From Candidatus Wildermuthbacteria bacterium (GTDB taxonomy: Bacteria; Patescibacteriota; Minisyncoccia; Minisyncoccales; UBA10102), in assembly GCA_016186115.1 (NCBI GenBank), contig JACPMK010000002.1:8983-72982 (forward strand): a stretch of DNA of 64,000 nt, read 5' to 3'. The position numbers and the translations under genes are program-made. The stretch's first letter is position 1, and each line of letters starts with the position of its first letter. A model generated the notes under the pieces. That model was not told where the DNA came from and ran no database searches. It saw only the letters and a program-made list of their open reading frames with translations. Positions 57,886 to 64,000 of the stretch are shown in pieces.

Positions 57886-58287
57886 TTAATTATTGGGATT
57901 ATTCTCGTTTGGATTATTCTCGGGGAGCATGCAGCTTTTGAGCTGGCTGACGATGTCTTTGGGAGTATGAGAAGTTTTCAAGAGATAGGCGCAAGCCCCC
58001 AACGTAAGGGCTTCTCTTTTTACTTTCGGGTCTTCAAAATTTGAGAACGCAATAACCGGAATTGAGGCAATGTCGGGGTCGTCTTGTTTTTTCCATAAAA
58101 AGGATAGGCCATTGGTATTTTGCAGAATAATGTCGAGCAAAATGGCATCGGGCTTTTCCGCTTTTGCTTTTTGAAAACCCTCTTCGCTCGTGGCGGCCGT
58201 GAGCACTTCAAGGCCCTCGCGCTCCAATTTATCGCGGTACATATTCGCAAGCATCTGTTCGTCTTCAATGATGAGGATTTTCCTCAT
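57886..58287 (-). CDS. Single-domain response regulator (receiver)
   Basis: KILIIEDE, ILLDI, AFSN, YLLK. Confidence 0.92.
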   Translation of the reverse strand: MRKILIIEDEQMLANMYRDKLEREGLEVLTAATSEEGFQKAKAEKPDAILLDIILQNTNGLSFLWKKQDDPDIASIPVIAFSNFEDPKVKREALTLGACAYLLKTSHTPKDIVSQLKSCMLPENNPNENNPNN

Positions 58288-59909
58288 GTGTTCATCCTAG
58301 GACTTTCTTGGGGTTGGTTCAATGGCAGTTCGATATGGAAAGTGCTCCCCTTTCCTTTTCCTGCGGATTCCGCCCAGATTTTTCCATTATGCAAGCGAAC
58401 AAATTGATCTGCTATGTAGAGGCCAAGGCCCGCGCCTTCGGTCCATGATTTCATGCCGGCAGTTCCGCGGGAAAAACTTTGGAAAAGCGTTTTAACTTCT
58501 GATTGCGTCATGCCATCGCCTGTATCTGCTACAGCAATATGCACCCTTTCATTTTCTTGTTGTTTTGCCTTTAGGGTAATAGACCCGGTGGCGGTGTAGC
58601 GTATTGCGTTATCGATAAGATTGATTAGTACATTTCGAATTTTTTCTTCATCAACCAAAATTTGAGGCAATGGTTTTTGAGGTTTCTCAAACAGCAATTG
58701 GAGATTTTTTTGCTGCGCTTTTATCTGAATAGCCCCAATTGTGCTTTCGATAATTTGCTCTATATTTGCCGGAGCCAAATCCACGGTTATTTTTCCCGAT
58801 TCAATTCTTGATAAGCTCAATAGATCGTTTACCAGTTTTATTAATCTTTCATTGGAGTCGTACACATTGCTTAAAACTTTTATTGCCTTCTGGCTAATTT
58901 TGCCATAGCTTCCTTCAATGAGCATCGAGGCATATCCTTTAATCGCGGTGAGCGGCGCCCGCAGCTGATGGGATGCAATCGAGATGAATTCTGATTTAGC
59001 CGCGTCGAGTTTCTTTAGCTCGACATTGGCCACTTCAAGTTTTTGAGTTAGAGTTTCAAGCTGTTCCCGCTGCCTGACTTCTTGACGCACCGCTTTTACG
59101 AGAAAATAACCAAGAGTTGCTGTGCCGATAAAGAGAAACAAGTTGAAAATTGTTTGTGAAAGATTTTCCGGACTAAAAATATTAAGAAATAATATCGCAA
59201 CAAGAAGAGCTGTGAGTATTTCAGTCGCGATTACTTTGATATCAAGCAGACGATATCGAAAGATTGCATATGCGGCAAGAAAAAGGAAGGGAATCGTGAA
59301 TAAGGGGCCAAATTGTATAAAAGATGTGTTCTGGAAAATCGCCACTGTTATAAACTGTGTGGGAATAAGCAGAAGAAACATGATTAAATATCCTATTCCA
59401 AGATACATGAGCTGTTTCTTTCTTACTTCTTGCGCTTTTTTTAATTCCCGGATCAGTTTAATTCCGCCAAAGATAAAAAGGGAAAAGATTGCGGCTGCAA
59501 ACAAACCAATGAGAGGGCCGACTACTGGTGTTGGGATCCCCCCATCAATTCGGGCTAATCCTCGAAAGACATAGGGACTTTGCGTGGCAATCATTGCTAC
59601 TAATGCAAGTATGCTCGGAAAGAGTATAATAGGTTTTTTGAGAGAGAGTTGCCCCTCGGCAAAGCTATAAACTAATAAGAAAAATACCCACTTGAGCAAT
59701 ACTGCGAAGAAAAGTACAAGACGTACAAAATAAAGTTGATAAGGAGATATTTGTAGGGATAAATAATTTATAAAAGACCAAAATAGAATTGCTACTCCCG
59801 CAAATAAAAATAGGTTTCTATTTCTTCCGTGTTCGCCCCTGGAGACAATTCCCAGCAGGGTGAGCGTAAGTGTAATGGTAAGTAGTGTAGAAGAAAAAGC
59901 TATCGGCAT
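58284..59909 (-). CDS. Membrane sensor histidine kinase with a multi-TM input domain
   Basis: ASHQLRAPL H-box, NLIDNAIRY, DTGDG, GLGL, GKGSTF. Confidence 0.95.
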   Translation of the reverse strand: MPIAFSSTLLTITLTLTLLGIVSRGEHGRNRNLFLFAGVAILFWSFINYLSLQISPYQLYFVRLVLFFAVLLKWVFFLLVYSFAEGQLSLKKPIILFPSILALVAMIATQSPYVFRGLARIDGGIPTPVVGPLIGLFAAAIFSLFIFGGIKLIRELKKAQEVRKKQLMYLGIGYLIMFLLLIPTQFITVAIFQNTSFIQFGPLFTIPFLFLAAYAIFRYRLLDIKVIATEILTALLVAILFLNIFSPENLSQTIFNLFLFIGTATLGYFLVKAVRQEVRQREQLETLTQKLEVANVELKKLDAAKSEFISIASHQLRAPLTAIKGYASMLIEGSYGKISQKAIKVLSNVYDSNERLIKLVNDLLSLSRIESGKITVDLAPANIEQIIESTIGAIQIKAQQKNLQLLFEKPQKPLPQILVDEEKIRNVLINLIDNAIRYTATGSITLKAKQQENERVHIAVADTGDGMTQSEVKTLFQSFSRGTAGMKSWTEGAGLGLYIADQFVRLHNGKIWAESAGKGKGSTFHIELPLNQPQESPRMNT

Positions 59910-59910
59910 T

Positions 59911-61422
59911 TTATTTATGGTTGGTTTTCATAACCCACATTTGTTTTGTTCCCATTTTAAAATACATTGGATGTTCTTTGGGCCAAAAAACAAGTTTCGG
60001 TATTGACCTTGAGCCAAGATGCTGGTGGAGCTCTCTAAACTCGGAATTTTTTTCTAAAAGATGCGACAGAATTTTTTTAAGAACTAAATTTTTTTCTTTG
60101 CTTGTGATTTTGTAATCTTTACACAATTCGATATTAATTTCGAGGTATTGATTTTGTCCTTTGCTATACTTTGTAAGCATTGTAAATTTACCGGTTACAA
60201 ATTTACTTATAGGATTTTCAAGCAGTGCAGCTCGGATTGTTTCGGGATAAATTTGGAGTCCGTAAAGAGTAGTGCTGAGGTCCTTTCGTTCGTAAACATA
60301 CACAAACGGAAGTTTATATATATTATCTTTGCCCAATATGTTGGCACCTTCTTTCAGAAGATCAACCCCCGCTTTTTTAAAAATGGATTCGACCTCATGA
60401 AAAAGCATTGTTCCACCGTGGTCGCCAATAGCATAACGTATGAGTGGAAGAGTGTTGTTTCCCGTTAGGAGAATATCTTTTTCCGATGTTGTTTCAAATG
60501 TAATAAAAAGGGGGTTATATTGGGCGAGTGTGGGCGTTTTGATGCTCTGCGAGAATAAAGCAAGAAATAATGATTGGTCTTGCATTGCTATTCTTCTGGC
60601 TAGAATTGCTATAGGAGTTTCAAAAGCCATTGCCCCGATGTCTGCTGATCCGTAAATATTTAATGTATCGAGATACAGATTTTTAATGCCTGTCTTTTGA
60701 ATAAGATAATCTCTGAAATGCTCCGTAAAAGATTCAGCCGCAAATAAAAGACGGATGCGCAAGCGATGTAGATCTACTCCTTCCTCTGCTGACTCATCTA
60801 TAATATCTTTTATAAAAGGCGGGTACCCCACAAGAATTGTTTGAGCAAAATTTGGCGCGATCTTTTTTAGAGCCTTAAAAATCTCTCCTTTATTGATACC
60901 GGGGGTGAGGATGGAAATGGGATATCCTCTTTGGCCTGCCAGTTCGAAGGCCTTATAGGTAATTAACCCCCCGATCCATACGCCCATACCAAAACAGATA
61001 AGTACAAGGGTTGGTTTCTTTCCGTAAGAGCTATTCTGCAAATAGAGTTCCAGCAGTATCGAATATTGCCAGTCGAGATCATTATTTCTTGAGAAATAGA
61101 ACGGTTCTCCAGTGGAGCCAGAGGTGGCAGTAAGAACCATTGGCTTTGCAATCGATCCATTCCAGTGAAGTTTTTCTATGGGATATTGACGGAGGTAATC
61201 TGCTTTACTCGTAGGAGGAACGAGTTGAAAATCTTGCCAGTTTTTGATTTTTTTGGGGTTGATCCCATGTTTGCTGAGAAAATCCTTATATGCCGGCACT
61301 TGATTTGCGGCCCTATGGAAAAGATCCAAGGCTCTCGTTTCTCTTTCTTGATTCCAGAATTGCTCTTGTTTTACATGGATATTTTTGAGAATGTGCTGTG
61401 GAGGGGCGTATTGTTTATGCAT
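59911..61422 (-). CDS. Phenylacetate-CoA ligase-like (PaaK/ANL) adenylate-forming enzyme
   Basis: TSGSTGEP, GYPPF, YGSAD, PLIRYAIGD; ATG 61422 overlaps the upstream gene's stop. Confidence 0.88.
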   Translation of the reverse strand: MHKQYAPPQHILKNIHVKQEQFWNQERETRALDLFHRAANQVPAYKDFLSKHGINPKKIKNWQDFQLVPPTSKADYLRQYPIEKLHWNGSIAKPMVLTATSGSTGEPFYFSRNNDLDWQYSILLELYLQNSSYGKKPTLVLICFGMGVWIGGLITYKAFELAGQRGYPISILTPGINKGEIFKALKKIAPNFAQTILVGYPPFIKDIIDESAEEGVDLHRLRIRLLFAAESFTEHFRDYLIQKTGIKNLYLDTLNIYGSADIGAMAFETPIAILARRIAMQDQSLFLALFSQSIKTPTLAQYNPLFITFETTSEKDILLTGNNTLPLIRYAIGDHGGTMLFHEVESIFKKAGVDLLKEGANILGKDNIYKLPFVYVYERKDLSTTLYGLQIYPETIRAALLENPISKFVTGKFTMLTKYSKGQNQYLEINIELCKDYKITSKEKNLVLKKILSHLLEKNSEFRELHQHLGSRSIPKLVFWPKEHPMYFKMGTKQMWVMKTNHK

Positions 61423-62497
61423 TGCTTTCATGCGTTTGGCGTTTTGTAGTTCGAAGAAAAATTTGTTCCGCAAGCATATCGGCTATATAATTTGTAGGCT
61501 GTTTTTCTTTCTGTGACAAATTAAGAATTTTTTCTGTGGTATTGCTAATATTCTCAACGCACTCTTCGACTCTTGCTTTATTATATCCTTTTGGATTTAG
61601 TTCTGCGACTACATTAATAAGACCCCCTGCGTTTGCCAAGTAATCGGGCACATATAGAATACCTTTTCTGTGCAAAAGCATTCCGACTTTTCCGTTCGCT
61701 AGCTGATTATTCGCACCTCCGCAAATAATTTTGCATCGTAATTCTTTTACAGTAGTTTGTGTAAATTCATTCCCAAGTGCACATGGTGAATACACATCGA
61801 CCTTCTCTTTATGAATTTCTGATGGTCTGACTATTTTTACCTTAGGAAATTTTTTCTGCATGGATTGAGTTTTTGTTTTATCAACGTCAGCCGCTATAAT
61901 GATTGCGCCATTTTCGTACAATAAATGGCATAACTCTCCGCCTACCTTGCCAAGTCCTTTAATCGCGAATACTCTTCCAGCGATTTCAGAGTTTCCTAGG
62001 GCAAGTTTTAGAGCTGCTTTGATAGCATAAAATACTCCTTTCGCAGCCCATGGAGAAGGATCTCCTGCGATATTCGGTTTTCCTATGATAAAAGGAGATT
62101 TCTTTAGGAGGATGCGCATATCCATTTCGTCGATTCCCACATCTTCTCCAGTATGTAGGGAGCCATTTAGCAGATTGATTTTTTGAGCGTATGCATAGAG
62201 AAGGTTTTCTGTTTTTGCTCTTCGGGAATGAGCTATAATGACACCTTTACCCCCTCCGTAAGGCACATCAGCAAGCGCGCATTTATAGGTCATCGCTTTC
62301 GATAAGTTTAGGGCATCGCGGAGCGCCTCAATATCCGAGGCATATTGTCGGTATCTAGTTCCTCCCACTGCGGGTCCGAGATTGGTGTTGTGAATAGCAA
62401 TAAAACCTCGCAGGCCACTCTTTTTTTCAGAGAAAAAGGATACAAGTTCGTGGTTGTCGAATTCGGGGAGGCGGTCGTAGGGGAAGTTATGAGACAT
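61415..62497 (-). CDS. Leu/Phe/Val amino acid dehydrogenase
   Basis: IAIHNTNLGPAVGGTR, MTYK, GGGKGVI, GLGKVG, NAGG. Confidence 0.93.
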   Translation of the reverse strand: MSHNFPYDRLPEFDNHELVSFFSEKKSGLRGFIAIHNTNLGPAVGGTRYRQYASDIEALRDALNLSKAMTYKCALADVPYGGGKGVIIAHSRRAKTENLLYAYAQKINLLNGSLHTGEDVGIDEMDMRILLKKSPFIIGKPNIAGDPSPWAAKGVFYAIKAALKLALGNSEIAGRVFAIKGLGKVGGELCHLLYENGAIIIAADVDKTKTQSMQKKFPKVKIVRPSEIHKEKVDVYSPCALGNEFTQTTVKELRCKIICGGANNQLANGKVGMLLHRKGILYVPDYLANAGGLINVVAELNPKGYNKARVEECVENISNTTEKILNLSQKEKQPTNYIADMLAEQIFLRTTKRQTHESNA

Positions 62498-62502
62498 AGA
62501 GA

Positions 62503-63618
62503 TTACGCATAAAGAGAATCCATTTGGAAGTAATATCGGCCCGATTTTATTTTTGATGGAGTGGTTGCCAATTGTCTTATCGCGTAACAGGCAGCGGCAC
62601 CGCGCAGAAACGAGGACTCGGCCAACTGGGGAATTCCCGCCAATGCAGAACCCACCAAAGGAAAAGATTGCTGAAGCCGTTTGGTGAGATGCTGTGTTCC
62701 TATAAAATCTCTTGCCAAAGCCACAAATTTTCGCACATCTTTTTTCACTGGATCCAAATGCGCGATTTGATTTTTGATTACTGTTTTGAGATAACCGTTT
62801 AGGATTGGTAATTCGGGATTAAGGTCGTATCGCTCAACGTCGATGATCACGTTTTCGCCGTTGCCCGTAACCATGATAACCGGAATACGATATTTTCTTG
62901 CGGCTTCCCGAATTGAAATTTTGAGCTGTAAGTGATCCGTCTCCTCTACCAATACGTCAACTTTAGGATGCAGTAAGAATTCTTCTTCTTTGCCCGGCAC
63001 AATGCCTAGGGGAAATATGGTGAGATCAGCAAAGGGGTTGATCTCGTAGATTTGTTGAGCAGAGAGAATTGCTTTGTTCATTCCTATTTGATGGACACAG
63101 GAGCGAAAACGATTGAGGTTTGAAAGTGACAAAGGGTCGTTGTCAGCAAGCTTCATCATTTTTACTCCTTCGAGCGCAAGACAGATGGCGATGGGGTTGC
63201 CCACATTAAGCCCTGCAATGCCGACTCTGATATTTTTGAGCTTTTGCTGTTCTTCTACGGTAATAAGATTTTGATTACGGGAGATTCGTACTTTTTCGAA
63301 ATCCGGCTGTTCGAGCGTATGCACGAGAAGGAAACGCCAAGGGTAAAATACCCATATTCCTTGCGCTAAGCTGTTTTTACCTCCACTTTTTTTTTCGGCG
63401 GGCCGTAAAAGTAGAGAAGGATTGCGAATAATGCGGAGTTCTTTTTGCTGGTCTTCCCATTCATCAATCACTGAAAGCACTTTTTTTGTTTTGATTAATT
63501 CGGCTATCCGTATTTGGTCTACCTTCTTTTTCATCGAGAAAATCAATGGCGCATACGAAGCGCTTTCCTTCTGCTGTGCCTTGTCTAGTAATTGTGCGAT
63601 CGCTTGGATATGATTCAT
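62503..63618 (-). CDS. ThiF/E1-like adenylyltransferase (Rv1355c-like)
   Basis: WVFYPWR, RNQNLITVEEQ, GLNVG, DND...SNLNR, DVERYD, PQLA. Confidence 0.88.
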   Translation of the reverse strand: MNHIQAIAQLLDKAQQKESASYAPLIFSMKKKVDQIRIAELIKTKKVLSVIDEWEDQQKELRIIRNPSLLLRPAEKKSGGKNSLAQGIWVFYPWRFLLVHTLEQPDFEKVRISRNQNLITVEEQQKLKNIRVGIAGLNVGNPIAICLALEGVKMMKLADNDPLSLSNLNRFRSCVHQIGMNKAILSAQQIYEINPFADLTIFPLGIVPGKEEEFLLHPKVDVLVEETDHLQLKISIREAARKYRIPVIMVTGNGENVIIDVERYDLNPELPILNGYLKTVIKNQIAHLDPVKKDVRKFVALARDFIGTQHLTKRLQQSFPLVGSALAGIPQLAESSFLRGAAACYAIRQLATTPSKIKSGRYYFQMDSLYA

Positions 63619-64000
63619 CGCAAAAGTTTGTCTTCTACGGGATGTTTCGGCGTGAGGGGTTGTTTTGCTGCCATAGAGCCGGCGCAGAAAAGGAATTGCG
63701 GGAGGAGATTAGCGCCAAGCAGTTGTTGCACGTTTTTATGCAAATCCCCTATTTCAATTGCCGCAATAAAAATGGATGTTTGAAGACCGGAATTCTGGAG
63801 CTCAATCATAAGACGTTCAACAAGCCGTCCGGTTTTCATCCAGACAGTGGGAGAATTTTCTTTTGCCGTGACAATGCAGATAAGAGGAGCAGAAGAAACA
63901 CTGCGATAATTGAGTTTCGCAAGAAATTTCCCAAGATCCATGAATTTCATGAGAAAAGGAGTGAGAATCGAAATGATCATGGGCATCCGAAGAGAATAGC
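63615..64000 (-). CDS. Nitroreductase-fold protein, C-terminal part (5' end outside the window)
   Basis: WMKTGRLVERLMIEL...AAIE...PQFLFCAG...TPK; frame open to the window edge. Confidence 0.65.
   Translation of the reverse strand, partial: YSLRMPMIISILTPFLMKFMDLGKFLAKLNYRSVSSAPLICIVTAKENSPTVWMKTGRLVERLMIELQNSGLQTSIFIAAIEIGDLHKNVQQLLGANLLPQFLFCAGSMAAKQPLTPKHPVEDKLLR

Noticed and set aside
1..64000. Alternative genetic code (UGA=Gly) as in Gracilibacteria/Absconditabacteria
   Set aside because: Core genes are full length under code 11 and several end in TGA

Overview
Compact, code-11 bacterial chromosome segment. Gene content and style (short HrcA, GAD-less AspRS, TM-fused MurF, stand-alone Cas2/PaaX-like gene, SD-less core genes) point to a Patescibacteria/CPR, Parcubacteria-like genome; this is inference. 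Core genes run mostly on + up to about 34.3 kb (mrdA, greA, lysS, serS, murF-DegT-Fem-ftsQ, hrcA-grpE-dnaK-dnaJ, tRNA-Lys, S41 protease, rplI, pyrG) and mostly on - after it (xer, gltX, murG, ftsW, mraY, Mpl-like ligase, aspS). A 28-bp dif-like site beside a Xer recombinase gene lies near the switch, so the window probably spans the replication terminus. Most notable non-standard structure: (1) a Cas2/PaaX-like gene bracketed by two same-geometry 38-bp palindromes; (2) a GIY-YIG gene inside a triplicated tRNA-Lys whose broken copies carry a 20-bp palindrome, plus short palindromic repeats inserted in frame in three genes; (3) a nitroreductase-ThiF-amino acid dehydrogenase-CoA ligase-histidine kinase-receiver operon that looks like a make-and-sense signal module; (4) an Mpl/LysW-like/PLP/ATP-grasp/NlpC-P60/MraY cluster; (5) unannotated structured RNA candidates at about 27.5, 39.75 and 47.95 kb; (6) a minimal cellulose synthase-like locus facing a GH6 with a duplicated unknown domain. 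No CRISPR array, rRNA or transposase was seen. All calls come from reading motifs by eye; no database search was run.
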